A stretch of 63,954 nucleotides of DNA, filler included, from Neoconidiobolus thromboides FSU 785 (lineage: Eukaryota > Fungi > Entomophthoromycota), in NCBI GenBank assembly GCA_025603075.1. It is 9 parts of 9 records of this genome, joined end to end, with 100 filler letters (N's around TTAATTAATTAA, not from the genome) between each part and the next. Parts side by side here need not be neighbours in the genome. Positions count along the whole stretch, not along the records: positions 14,954 to 24,419 come from MU626258.1; positions 24,520 to 34,819 come from MU626647.1; 7 more parts are not named here. One strand, given 5' to 3'. Positions 22,419 through 34,919 of this stretch are shown here, piece after piece. Below the pieces are notes generated by a model, which saw only the letters and a program-made list of their open reading frames with translations, searched no databases and was not told the origin of the DNA. Position 1 is the stretch's first letter. The number at the start of each line of letters is the position of its first letter. The translations under genes and the position numbers were made by a program.

Positions 22419-24120
22419 ATGTCGGCCATATCTAAATCAGACAATATTTGTGAAAACCAACATCCATTACTTGAAGATGAAAACTAGCGTTCATCGGTTG
22501 GAGATGGCGAGAATTTAATAACAAGCAATCAACCAAGCAAATTGAGCAACTTTAAGTTCGTAAGTATACTATTCAGTTTACTCCTTATCCTTGCCTTTGC
22601 AGCTTTCGATCAAACGCTTATTGTGACTCTACTTGTCCCAATAGCATCCGAATTTAATAAACTTTCAAAGATAAGCATCTGGGGATGTATTTTTGTGTTT
22701 AAGAATTTTGCTAACAACTTTTTCACTCAAATAGCGCTTAAAAGATAGAAAAAGTAATGAAGCCAAAAAAACACCCCCATCTTTAGTATTGTTTATCTAT
22801 CAACCTTGTTCATTGTTGAAAAGCATGCTGTAAGGTTATGCTATACACTCAGTCGTAAAATTACTATCATAGCTTCAGTTTTATTGTTTTTAAGTGGGAT
22901 TATTCCGGCTAGTTTATCTGTTAATCTCACCATGCCAACTGTTGCTAGAGCGACTGGTGGATTTAGTGGGGGAGGTTTGTTACTTTTATGTATATCAGTT
23001 ATAAGAGAAATAGTACCAGAAAATAGGTTTGAACTTTATACAAAGGTGGCAGTTGGGATCTTTACTCTCATCTGAATTTTAGTCTCAATGCTAAACAATA
23101 TTTTCTTAGATAGATTAACTTAGAGATGGTGTTTTTATGTCACCATGCCTCCTATGAACATCGGATACATTCCCCTCATCTTTATTCTACCGAACAAATT
23201 TGATATGAAATCAGACATCAAAATCTAGTAATTTGACTATATAGGATCTATAACTCTTTTTTCTTTTACAGTACTTTTAGCCTTATCCTTAAATTGGACT
23301 GTTGAATTTTACCCCTGGAATTCAGTTGTTGTTTTAACTCAGTATTAAGTTTTCTATTACTTATTGGATTTATCTATTCTCAATTTAAGTTGCCAAATTT
23401 AATGATACATCACAACATTATGTCAAGAAATATAATTTGTTCCTGTATTGTTATCTTTTTTAGGGAAGCTGTGTTTTTTACCTCAATTATATATATTCTA
23501 TATTATTTCTAGATGATTTATACTAGCTCCTCTCAAGATTCTGTGGTTGGGATACTACCAATGATTGGTGATATTATAGTAGCATTCTTTTTATTTGGCC
23601 CTATTGTAAACAAAACAGGCATTTGTCGCTTTTTTTAAGCTTTAGTAGTTTACTTGGTATTTCAGGACCAGCCTTATTAATTCATTTTATGAGTCTAGCT
23701 ATCAAAAACATTCAATTATATTCCTCGTTAGCTCTAATAGGATCAGGCGTTGGTGGATGTTTGAAAATTAGCAATATGGCGTCCTAAGTCTCAGTTTTAA
23801 GGGTAAACCCTCAGGCTATAGGCTCTCTAATTCGATTTTTTTTGAACTTTGAAGGTTTTATTGGGATCACTATTTGCGGAACGATATATCATAATGTTTT
23901 GATTAATTTATTATCTAATTATCCATCAAAAATCGATATTGTTTCTTTAATTAATAACACCATTTACATATTATCCTTAAGTCTAGAACTAAGACTTGTT
24001 GTACATAATTGTCATGTGGAAGCTCTCAAAGCAATATTTTATTCATTTATTGCGTTTTTCTCAATTGGCTTTGTCTCTTCGCTTTTTGTTGAACATATGC
24101 CTTTGCCGAAAAATCCGTAA
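22419..24120 (+). pseudogene. MFS drug:H+ antiporter (DHA14/Azr1-like) pseudogene
   Basis: AAFDQTLIVTLLVPIASEF, LSRKITIIASVLLF, ARATGGFSGGGL and later TM remnants are present. It has in-frame stops (TAG 22485, TGA 23073), frameshifts and a MITE insertion at 22681-22778. Confidence 0.8.
22681..22778 (+). mobile_element. MITE family 1, copy 6 (inserted in MFS pseudogene)
   Basis: GGGGATGTATTTTTG...CAAAAAAACACCCCC; TSD ATCT/ATCT. Confidence 0.92.
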
Positions 24121-24281
24121 AGTATATATCAACGTTAATAAAGTCTGTAGTATATTATAATAAACACTTCATGTTCATACCTTAGTATGATTAAAGAAGC
24201 AAAACCAAAAGTGTTTATAAAATTAAATTAAAATTGAACGTATTGTAACAATAAATTCATTTATGAACTACAAAAGACTTT

Positions 24282-24419
24282 TTATTTCGAATTTAAAAAA
24301 TATTGTTCGGTGAAAAATAAATGGTTCTGATTGTGTTTTTGTAGATCGTAAATATTAGCTAAGTAAGGCTGTATACACTCTCCATTGACGCAAAGGTACT
24401 CATTATCTGGATTGTAAGT
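24282..24419 (-). CDS. Possible 3' end of a small Cys-containing protein running out of a gap
   Basis: Open frame from the gap edge: TYNPDNEYLCVNGECIQPYLANIYDLQKHNQNHLFFTEQYFLNSK*. No family recognised with confidence. Confidence 0.25.
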   Translation of the reverse strand, partial: TYNPDNEYLCVNGECIQPYLANIYDLQKHNQNHLFFTEQYFLNSK

Positions 24420-24548
24420 NNNNNNNNNNNNNNNNNNNNNNNNNNNNNNNNNNNNNNNNNNNNTTAATTAATTAANNNNNNNNNNNNNNNNNNNNNNNNN
24501 NNNNNNNNNNNNNNNNNNNGATAATTGAAGTAATAGTATTAACTAAAA

Positions 24549-26027
24549 ATGAAATTGATACAATTATTAGTAGCTTTTCAATTAGTATTCACTAGTTATT
24601 CAACTATTTTGAATAGTCAAGTTAAATCTAGAATAATAGCTCAACTTGAAGATAAAAAGGAAGTACGTATATTAATTCAATTTAAACCTAAAGATATTCA
24701 AGTTGATTCAAATAATAAACATATCTCAAGTTTATTAAGCTTACGTGAAGAATTGGTCACTCATAATCAACAAAGTTATAAAACAATCGAATCCTTTATC
24801 ACTAAAAATCAACAATTAGGAACTATTAAAGATACCAAATTTTATTTCATCTCAAATACTATTTTAATAACTATAAAAGATAAACAGATACTTGATGAAT
24901 TATTAACTTATAAAAGTATCATAGAAATAAGTTTAAATCAACAATTTAAACTTAATTTACCACAAATAGGAACTAGAAGCGAGAGAGCAATTTCTTGGGA
25001 TGGAAAGAAACCTCATTGGAGTTTAGTATTTATCAATGCCACTAATATATCTTCAGAAATCAAACATAATGCCTCCAAATTAGTTTATGCTAATGCTGAT
25101 TCTGGTTTAGATTACTTACACCCAGCTATTAATAACAATTATTTAGGTAAACTTGATAATAACACCTATAATCATAACTATCATTGGTGGGATGGTAATA
25201 AAGTCAAGAGTCCTGAACGTCCAAATGGTCGTTGTGGGATTAATACTCAAGCACCATGTTATGATAGTGACCATGGTACTCATACTATGTCTACCACTAT
25301 TGGAGGTCTAAATTTAGGTGTATCGTCAACTACCAAATGGATTGCATGTAAAAATATGGACCAAGGTTATGGTACTCCAGAATCTTATTTATCCTGTTTA
25401 CAATTCTTATTAGCACCAACTGATTTAAATGGTAATAATCCAAAACCAGAATTACGCCCTCATGTAATAGGTAACTCTTATGGCTGTCCAACTTCAGAAG
25501 GTTGTTCTAGTACTACTTTCAATCAAGCTTTAATTACTTTAAAACAATTTGGTATATTTATGTCTGTATCTGCTGGTAATGATGGATATTCTGGTTGTTC
25601 TACAATTAATTCCCCACCAGCTTCAGATCCTAATTCTTTTACTGTGGCATCTTCTGATTATAAATCATTTGATCGGTCTTATTTTTCTTCTATGGGTCCA
25701 GTTAGTACTCGTCAAAATGCTATTGATGTTACTGCTCCTGGCTCTAGTATTATGGGGGCTATACCAGGAGGGAAGTATAAAGAGTTAGATGGTACTTCCA
25801 TGGCTGCTCCTCATGTTGCTGGTGCTGCTTTATTAGTTATGGCTGCTTGTCCAAAGTTGGAAAGAGATGTTGAAAAAGTACAATATATATTGAGAACTTC
25901 AGCTACTCCAGTTTATTCAAATGAGAAATGTGGAGGTGATACTAATAAGTCTTATCCTAATAATGAGTATGGATATGGAGTTATTAACGTAGCTAAGGCA
26001 ATTCAATTATGTCAATCTATTAATTAA
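24549..26027 (+). CDS. Secreted S8 subtilase, bacillopeptidase-F-like, intronless (copy 1)
   Basis: Signal peptide and prodomain; triad ADSG (Asp), DHGTHTM (His), GTSMAAPHVAG (Ser); KWIACKNM, QFLLAPTDLNG, RPHVIGNSYG; C-terminal NNEYGYGVINV. Confidence 0.92.
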   Translation: MKLIQLLVAFQLVFTSYSTILNSQVKSRIIAQLEDKKEVRILIQFKPKDIQVDSNNKHISSLLSLREELVTHNQQSYKTIESFITKNQQLGTIKDTKFYFISNTILITIKDKQILDELLTYKSIIEISLNQQFKLNLPQIGTRSERAISWDGKKPHWSLVFINATNISSEIKHNASKLVYANADSGLDYLHPAINNNYLGKLDNNTYNHNYHWWDGNKVKSPERPNGRCGINTQAPCYDSDHGTHTMSTTIGGLNLGVSSTTKWIACKNMDQGYGTPESYLSCLQFLLAPTDLNGNNPKPELRPHVIGNSYGCPTSEGCSSTTFNQALITLKQFGIFMSVSAGNDGYSGCSTINSPPASDPNSFTVASSDYKSFDRSYFSSMGPVSTRQNAIDVTAPGSSIMGAIPGGKYKELDGTSMAAPHVAGAALLVMAACPKLERDVEKVQYILRTSATPVYSNEKCGGDTNKSYPNNEYGYGVINVAKAIQLCQSIN

Positions 26028-26479
26028 TGTGTTTGACGGTTTTATCATGCTATAAAATTGAATTTATCTTTTATTTTTTTTATATTTTAAATTCAATTTA
26101 TAAAATTTTGGAATCACTTAATTTTTATATAAACGGATTTAACATTTTATACCATACTATAACTATTTATTAAATAATATCAAAACTTAATTTGTTATTA
26201 AGCAATGATAAAAATGTCCATAAAAAACAAAATAATTAATAAAACACCATCAAGAATAGCTTCACTTTTTTTAATATGAAACTTCTATTTCCATTCAAAT
26301 CTCTTCAAAATTAAAATCTTGACATAAAAAATATTCAATATTTTAACCTATAATTTAAAATGATATTAACTCAAAGCAAAAACAAAAAATAAAATGAATT
26401 TTAAACAATAATTTTAACTCTCCGTTGGATTAATGTAATAGAAGTTTAATAAGTAGAAAAGAGATAAAATACAATCAAG

Positions 26480-28882
26480 TTAATTAAACTTTGAGACCTC
26501 ATCTGAGTAAGACATCCTAAAAAAATAATCATCAACACTATTTCAGAATTTTACATTAGAAAAATTTCATTTACTTTAAATTTTGTTCTGGTCTTTTTTC
26601 CCAATCCGTTGTAAATTCAAAAAATTCAAAAGTACCTTGCTCATACTCTTTAGCCACAATTTCTGGTTCTTTATCTTGTTGATACCATAAATGGAACCTA
26701 GAATTGTATTTCCATGTTTCAAATAGTTTTTTAGCTGCATAATATCTATTTTGATTGATTATTTTAATTTGTTAATATGAAATTATTCTTACTGTCGATG
26801 ATCTCCACGTTGAAAATAATAAATAAAAAACAATGTATCTTGATCTAATTGTTCAAAGATAGCTGGGTCATACAATGCTGCTAATGGTTGAGATGGATAA
26901 TACATTGGGGTATCACAAGGCACTGTTGGAATATAAAATCTAGGTCTAAAAAGAGAATATAAGTAAAATAATTTAAATTGAAAGTTTCAATTTTTCTTTA
27001 CGGATCCAAATCAGCCTCAACAATTTTATGGCGCATACCAACCTCTAACATCTGTTCGTAATAATGATGAGCTGTTGCAGCTATCTGTGCTGGTCTACCA
27101 CTTAATGGGATATCACTTTGTACCTTTGACAAATGTTCAACAAAATGTTTAGCTAAAAATAGGTTGAATATAATAGTTTCAAATTAAATAAAAAATATAG
27201 TACCTCTATCCCTAGCTTCATGAAAGATTTTACTAAGATCATCAAGGTAAAGTGGGAAATTGATTTTAGCAGCTGGTGTCTCAAGGCGACTGTTTTTGCC
27301 ACTCAATCCTTGATTCTCTGCCTTATTTGTTAGTCCTATCCTTGGCTCTACTGTCTTAGCTGGCTCCATTCTCGTTGGTGTATTCTGTTGTTTAACCTGA
27401 GCTTGCACATCATTGGTATTAGGTTGCACCTCCTTTCTTTCTATGATTTCAATAGGCTTCACTTCCTCTTGTATAGGCTTAGCTGGCTCCACTGTGTTGC
27501 GGTTATAGTTATCTTGTGGTGATAGAGCATTACTGAAAGTACCTGCTGATAACTGTGTTGGTACTATAGGCGATTGAGTAGCCTTAGATTGCACAGTAGT
27601 AGCCTTTGAATCTGCTAGACTACCAGCAATTATTTGAGCCATTGATAATGGTTTTTCTAATACTTCATCCACACTCTTAGTTACTAACTCTTTACCTCTT
27701 TTAGCTATAACAATTGTTTCAGGTTCTTTTTTAACTTCTTTAACTTCTTTAACTTCTTTAGTAGGTATTGTACTCTTTTTGACTTCTACAACTTCCTCCG
27801 GTTTATGATAAACGCTTTTTCCGACTACTACTTTGGAAGCTGGATTTTCTTTGATCGTTGATGTTTTATCTTCGGATTTAGCAAGCAATCGGCTTGGTTT
27901 CACTTTCTTTTCAGGTTCTAAGAATATTTTATCTTCATCATTAGTTTCTAAGTATAGGGCCTGTTCTTCTAATGTCTTGGAAACATCAAATAAGTTTTCA
28001 TCATCTATATTTAAGTCATCGTACATCCACTCTGGTTCTTCATAATCATCATACTTTCAATAATTTTAGTTTGAATTTCAAGTTATCAAAAAATTATTAC
28101 CTCGTCTTGTTTTACGTAAGCTTCCACATCATCTCTAACCATGTTAATCTAAAAAAGGTTAACAGAATATAAAAAATCAATTTAAAAGTACTTGTTCAGG
28201 ACTTAGGTGTTCGTTATCCAACATCCTAAGAATAAGTTCCAGTTTGGAGATATGGTGCTTATGCCTTTCCACCTTATTCTTAATTTCATCAAATTTCTTT
28301 AGCTTATTTAAATCCTTTTTCTTTTTATTGATGCCTAAGTTTTCAGCTTCGGACTCCTTTAAATCAATTTGGATTTGTAGCTCATCTAGAACTTCGCGTA
28401 TCCACCCTTTTGTCAAATTCTTTTCCTTCTCTAGTGGATCTACCTTTTCAGATTGCATTAAGCCTTCTTTTGAAAACGTTTTCGTCTTCATCTCTTTTTC
28501 GATCGCTTTGAATTTTTCCATATACTTTTTTAAAGAATTAAAATTAGTACTTTTTTAAAAATAATAAAACTTACTGTTTCCACCAGCCTCCTTTGATCGG
28601 TTACAAAAGTTTTATCTTTTACATCTGGAGAAGAAGCAAACTGTTTCATACTATCACGATGTCTCTGCAACTTCTTTATTTCTGTTTTTAACATGGCTTC
28701 GTATTTATGGGCCATATTGGCGTTTTGAGCACTTTCCATCTTCACAAAGATTTCATTGAATTCGGATATACCTTCATTGATTTTTTTTGCTACTTTATCT
28801 ATTTCAGCTAATAAATAGAGTTAATACCTTTTAATATAGAATCAATTTTAAACTGGGTACCTTGTACTTTCCTTGACGCCAT
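26480..28882 (-). CDS. NOT3: CCR4-NOT complex subunit Not3/Not5, multi-exon
   Basis: MASRKVQ|AEIDKVAKKINEG, LKTEIKKLQRHRD and MEKFKAIEKEMKTKTFSKEGL; C-terminal NOT-box LDQDTLFFIYYFQ...EYEQGTF. The last exon and stop at 26480 are inferred from splice sites. Confidence 0.9.
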
Positions 28883-29284
28883 TTGGTTAATTAGTTAATA
28901 AAAAATAAATTTTTCAATTTTTTAGTTTTGTTAGTGCATCATCATTAAGTGGCCTATTCGTTCACTTTATTGGTTGTTTTTTGCCCTTTACTATGCTACT
29001 AGTATGATTTTTAAAATTTAGCTGTTGGACAGTATAAAGAGTGGTAGCTAGATTTATAGAATTGTTGTTAACTTAAAACAATTGCGGATAATAAAGATTC
29101 AATTGATAACTATTTTATAAATCGTATTTAAATCTTATATTTAATATCTTATAACTTCATACTATAATTTAACATATTAAAAACCATAATAATTTGTGAA
29201 TAAAAATTATTAGAACTGTTTATTTTAACGTTTAATTTAGTAAATAACCAAAGCTCTTTTTTATTAAAAACTCAAAATTGAAAG

Positions 29285-31748
29285 ATGCAAGAACCAGCTC
29301 CACAACAACAAGTGAATGCTATAGGCCTTTATTATACTGGCCCTAAAACGGACTTATCTTATCTATCCTATTCAACACAACATAATGGCTATGATTATTT
29401 AATGCTGGATATGCATTCTCAGGTTAAATACCCTAACTTAAGTGAAATTCATTATTTAGATATTGACTCACTAAATTTGGTTGATGCTAGTAAAAATAGA
29501 TATCAATACTATTAGTTGAATATTGCTAATGACTTTCATTAGATTATTCTTCGTATGTAATTACAAAGGGGATAGAACTTAAGAATGAGTTAAGGGATGA
29601 AGACAGGATCAATGTAGGTCTTATAACTTCATTAGTAGAGTTCAGTATTAATCTTTTTACTAGATTTTACTCAAAGAAATTGAATGGGCAATCCATATTG
29701 GAATAAGAGCGTTTTATTTACCTAGTTTTGATAAAAGTATGAGTAAGGAATCAGCTATTTTGCTAGCTAAAGTAGTTAAAAATTTATTCTTTTTATTTGA
29801 AAGTAGGATTAAAGTAAGAACTACTATCTATTAAATTAAATAATTTGATTGTTATTATTAGTTTATATTACCCATTTATTATAACCCAGATTATGAATTA
29901 TGGCTCAATTATCAATTATTTAAACAAACGCTTGGTGAAGGGAAGGATCTATATATTGGTATAAAGATTTAGTACCACACTTTATCAAAAATATTTAATA
30001 TTTAATATTTAATAGCTCTTATTTTACCGGATCTTTATGACCCCAATGTTGTTATTGATTTGGAGTATTATCATGGTGAGTTAATAGAATGTATAATCTT
30101 ACCAAAAACACGCTTTTTAAAGAATAAAAATGGATATCCAGTATTATCAAAATTAGACCAAAAGGAGCTAAAGGAAATTATAAAAGTAAGCTATAAAAAA
30201 TAACAGCAATAATAAAGAAAGCTTAACCAAAATTATTTTAGTTTAATACTAAGTTTATGATACGCAGTGAAGAAATGTTAGAAATAAACGATGATACAAC
30301 GTGTCATTATTTTGATTATATTAAACATTTAATTAAACAAGTTAAAAAAGTACAATTCAAAATTGAGGATGGCAATGAGCAATATACCTTTGATACCTTT
30401 GCCTCTGGTTATTATGATTATTTACAAACCCCTTTACAAGTAAGAATAAAGCTTTATTGTATTTTGGTTAGATCCTTATCAATACTTTAGCCGCTTATGG
30501 ACCACTTAGAATCCGCCACTTACGAAGTTTTTGAAAAGGATCCTATTAAGTATCAATTATATGAAGAAGTAAGCTTATTTTAAATATATCACTTGTTTTA
30601 TTGATCCTATTTTTTAGGCTGTATATCATGCTTTATTAGATCGTAATAGCAAAAACAAACCAATGTAAGTAAAAAATGTTTGCTTTTTGGCTTTAATCTT
30701 AATCTTTTTTTAGTGTAATTATTGTTGCAGGTGCAGGTCGAGGTCCGCTTGTGGATCGATGCCTAAAAGCATCTGAAAAAAGCAATTTACCAATTCAATT
30801 ATATGCTTTGGAAAAGAATCCTAATGCATATATAACGTAAGTAGAATCAGAAATAGAATGATTTAATACCAAATATTTATATTTACCTTTATTTAGTTTG
30901 CAAAATAGAAAAAGATTAGAATGGGGAGATAAAGTAGATATATACTTTGGTGATATGAGAGTATCCAATTTACCGCAAAAGGTAAATAGATAATAGATGG
31001 ATAAATAGTTTTATTTAGAAAATTTGTAGGCCGATATTTTAGTAACTGAATTATTAGGCTCATTTGGGGATAATGAGTTGTCGCCAGAATGTATTGATGG
31101 TGCCCAAAATCTGTTAAATGGTAAACTTGAATTTCAACTATTTTTCGTTTAATTAATTAATTTATAGAAACTGGTATTTCTATTCCATATAGCTATACTT
31201 CTTATTTAGCCCCAGTTACGAACACTAAGTTATATAATGATACTACTAAGTTTAATGACCCTAAGAAATTCGAAGTACCTTATGTGGTATTATTTCAAAA
31301 GATCCGTCATTTAACGAAACCTATTAAGGTATGGACTTTTGAGCATCCCAATCATAAATTAGAAGGTAATATAATTTATAACCATATTTAATATGTTTAA
31401 CTTTTAATAGATAAAAATAAACATAATCAAAGAGAAGAAGCACTTGAATTTCACCTTGAAAAGCCAGGAGTAGTTCATGGATTTGCAGGTTATTTTGAAG
31501 CTAAATTATATAAAGATATTTTATGCTCTATTCACCCTGATACTCATTCTCCAGATATGTTTTCTTGGTTCCCTATTTACTTTCCATTAAGGAAGCCACT
31601 CTTAATTAGTGATGTCAACCGTTCACTTGAGATGAAAATATGGAGAAGATCACATAGAAATTATGTATGGTATGAATGGTTAGTTACTAATAATAGTGAT
31701 AGTTATATTCATAATTTTAATGGAGAGGCTTATTCCATTGGGTTATAA
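29285..31748 (+). CDS. PRMT5: Type II protein arginine methyltransferase PRMT5 (Hsl7/Skb1), multi-exon
   Basis: [10 protein letters not shown]|[70 protein letters not shown] and [11 protein letters not shown]. Confidence 0.93.
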
Positions 31749-31960
31749 AAGTACCAAAGATAGATGTTTAAAATAAAAGTTTCTACTTTTAATCTTTTTA
31801 TAGATTATGTTTTATAAGTTTATCTAGTTAAAAATGAAATATAAATTATATTTTGCTTTTTTCGAACAAACTAAATTTAAACCAATAGTCAAAAAATAAT
31901 CTCAAAAAGAATATAGCTAATATTAAAAACAGTTTAATGACTGAACTAATTTGCTTCAGC

Positions 31961-32571
31961 TTAGAAGAAAGCAGTATTTCCAACTCTATCAGAGTATCCA
32001 GGTACGGTCCATTGTCCATTAATAAGACGTTGTTCGACTCTTTGGTCGATTTCTGGAATAGCAGTGGTAACATCTTCAACCTAAATTTAAAACTTAATAG
32101 CGCAAAAAATAGTGTATATTAAAACTTACACTTAATTCATCGACTGGGCGAGCACTTTCGATGTTTTTAAGAGTTTCTTTAAGAGATGCAACTTCATTTT
32201 CAATTTGAGCATTGGTCTCTTCAGCTTTTTGAATCTAAATTTTAAATTAGTATAAAATGATCAATCTCATAAAACAAACATACAGCTTTAGTTTCAAAAG
32301 CTTCAATGACTTTTTGTTGAGCTTGGAGGTTATAAGCAACTGGCTTGAACTTCTTCAAAGTAGATTCAAGTTGGTCAACGACTTTTTGGTTTTTAAGTAA
32401 CTTACGGTAATGAGCAAAGTCCACGTTAACCTTTTGTTCTTCTAATTGGGCGAGTTGACGTTTGACATCATCGTATTGTTTACGGAAATTGATCAAAGCA
32501 CCTTGGGTGTTTTGACGGCTGGCTAATGCTCCACTTAATTTGGACCAATTGATACGGCTAATGGCTGACAT
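31961..32571 (-). CDS. ATP7: Mitochondrial ATP synthase subunit d, 2 introns
   Basis: INWSKL, INFRKQYDD, VDFAHYRKLLKNQKVVD, NIESARPVDEL and PEIDQRVEQRLINGQWTVPGY; stop TAA at 31961-31963. Confidence 0.92.
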
Positions 32572-32645
32572 TTTTTTTCAATTTTGTTGGGTAAAAAAGT
32601 TGGTCTTATAATGGTTGCTTGCTCCCATAATAGAAAGTCAATCTA

Positions 32646-32741
32646 TTGATTGGCTAGCACAGATTCACACCAAGGGTTCGGATTTGATTGGCTCACTAGC
32701 AAATACTATCTGATCGTTAGCTAGTTAATTATTGATTGGCT
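32646..32741 (-). promoter_or_regulatory. Three CCAAT boxes (AGCCAATCAA) in the ATP7 promoter
   Basis: The identical 10-mer TTGATTGGCT occurs at 32646, 32684 and 32732, 75-170 bp upstream of the ATG. Confidence 0.7.
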
Positions 32742-32996
32742 GAAACCAAAAAGTGCGTAACTAACCTTAATTTATCTTAAAGCTATCATTTTATGAACAT
32801 GTTCAGTAAATAAAAATAATGTAAATGATTATGTTCTTTTTGAAGTTTGGATATAAGGAATACAAAACAATATCCTTATAAGATATTGATATTGTAAACT
32901 TTCATTATATTTACTTATTTCATTGGTATGCTATTTATTTAGAACTTTAATATTATTCTTAAATTTAAACTTAAAAAGTGGACAAAACATCGACAT

Positions 32997-33095
32997 GGGG
33001 ATGTATTTTTATGTTTAACAATTTTACTGATAAAATTTCCGCTCGAATAGTGCTTAAAGGATGGAAAAAGTAATGAAGCCAAAAAAAACATCCCC
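32997..33095 (+). mobile_element. MITE family 1, copy 7
   Basis: Intact TIRs GGGGATGT / ACATCCCC; flanks ACAT/ATAT (1 mismatch). Confidence 0.9.
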
Positions 33096-33852
33096 ATATA
33101 GTGAAATACTATGACTATAGGAGTTTTATAAAAGCTTGTTTATTCAAAGTTTGTTTTCTATTTGTATTAATTAGATTTTACAAAAGAGCACTACAATAAG
33201 CGATGATGTATGTAGGTAAATTTAAAAGCTCGATTAAAATTTAAAATAAAATTTTCAACTCACTTTCTTTATCCAATTCATATGTACCGCAAAATTTAAA
33301 ATTATTAAAACTGGACAAAAAATGTCCCAATATAGGTAGGTTATTTAAAATTAAAATATTTTTGTAGCACTTATTGCTTAATTTGCAATTTTTCAAAATC
33401 AAAGTTAGACAATTTGAACCGAGCTATTAAATTAATCCATGCATATCATAAATTTTGAAGATAATTAAACGTTTATCTTTTTATGTTATTTCAACTCTTT
33501 GATACTATTTTTTTATATCTCACATTTACGTATTTTAAAAAATGACTTGATCGCTATAACTCACGGGTGCTTGAAAATAGTCTAAAGTAGTTTTATAATC
33601 ATCTATTTTAATTTAATGTCTCTATAGAATTTATAAGCTTTAGTATGCAAAAGTAAATGAATTGTAAATGAGTGCTTATTTATAAGATCAAGGTTTATAG
33701 ACTTTTAATTTGAACGACTATTAAAAGAAACAAATATTGAGCCATGTAAAGCACCTTGTCCATCGATATAGAACATATTAATTTTAAACCTTATATCTGT
33801 AAAAAACTAAAAAAAATGAAACCATTTAATTACTCAAACTTTAATCTTTAAA

Positions 33853-34819
33853 CTAATTAGCAATAATGGGATTTAAAGGATCGAAAGGTTCTTCATTGTT
33901 GGTATTATCGTTAATAGAATTCAACAATTCTGTACTTGGCTGTTCAGTAAAATCAGAAGATCTACCAAGAGACTCTTCATAAATTTGATCACCAATGTAG
34001 TTTCCTAACATATGAATATAAAGATTAGGGAAGAATCCGGGGATTTCTGGTAAGGCTGACATATCCATTACTCTCAACCCAGTAACACCACGTACTCTAA
34101 ACTTACTATCAAGTACTGCCATTTTGTCATTATCTAATCCGATCTTTGCAGTACAGCATACATGATGTCCCCAAGTAATCTCAGTGATCCATTTAGCAAT
34201 TTGATCTCTAGTTTTGATTTCTTTACCTGGGAATGCCTCTTCATAGGAATCTCCAAGGTGCTTTTTAGTTTGATTACGCATGTACTCAATAGTATTGACT
34301 AGTGAAGTGAGATCCTCTTTACCGCCGATATTAAACTTTAATAAGTTGACATCTGGGGTATCAGCTGGGTTTGTTGATCTTAATTTGACATAGCCTTGAG
34401 ATTTAGTGCGAGCCTTTAAGATCAGCCTTGTAAAATAGCGAGTGTTTTCAGAAGCAACTTGGGAATAGCCTTTAAAGTAACCATAGAAATATAGAGGGGT
34501 GTTAATAATAAAGGTATCAGCAGCATCTAATCCTGGTAAGGATTTATAAGTCTCACCACTAATTCCAGAGGCAGCTGTATAAGGCCCAGTTTTGAAATTT
34601 ATGTAATCTCTAAAGCACCTATCATTATTATAATCAGCTCTAAATTCACAACCTCTGAATAAGTTAAGATCGCTATTTAACTTAAGCATATAGGGGATCT
34701 CATCTCTGTCCTGTAAGTTTTTACCTACTCCTTTCAAATCCGAAATAACGTCAATGTTGAATTTTTTAAGCTCATCAGCATCACCAACACCAGATAACAT
34801 TAATAATTGAGGTGTATTA
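33853..34819 (-). CDS. GMC oxidoreductase (choline dehydrogenase/alcohol oxidase-like), C-terminal half; 5' half in gap
   Basis: NTPQLLMLSGVG, GVGKNLQD, GYVKLRSTNP.D.P, WGHHVCCTAKIG and VLDSKFRVRGVTGLRVMDMS. Confidence 0.88.
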
Positions 34820-34919
34820 NNNNNNNNNNNNNNNNNNNNNNNNNNNNNNNNNNNNNNNNNNNNTTAATTAATTAANNNNNNNNNNNNNNNNNNNNNNNNN
34901 NNNNNNNNNNNNNNNNNNN

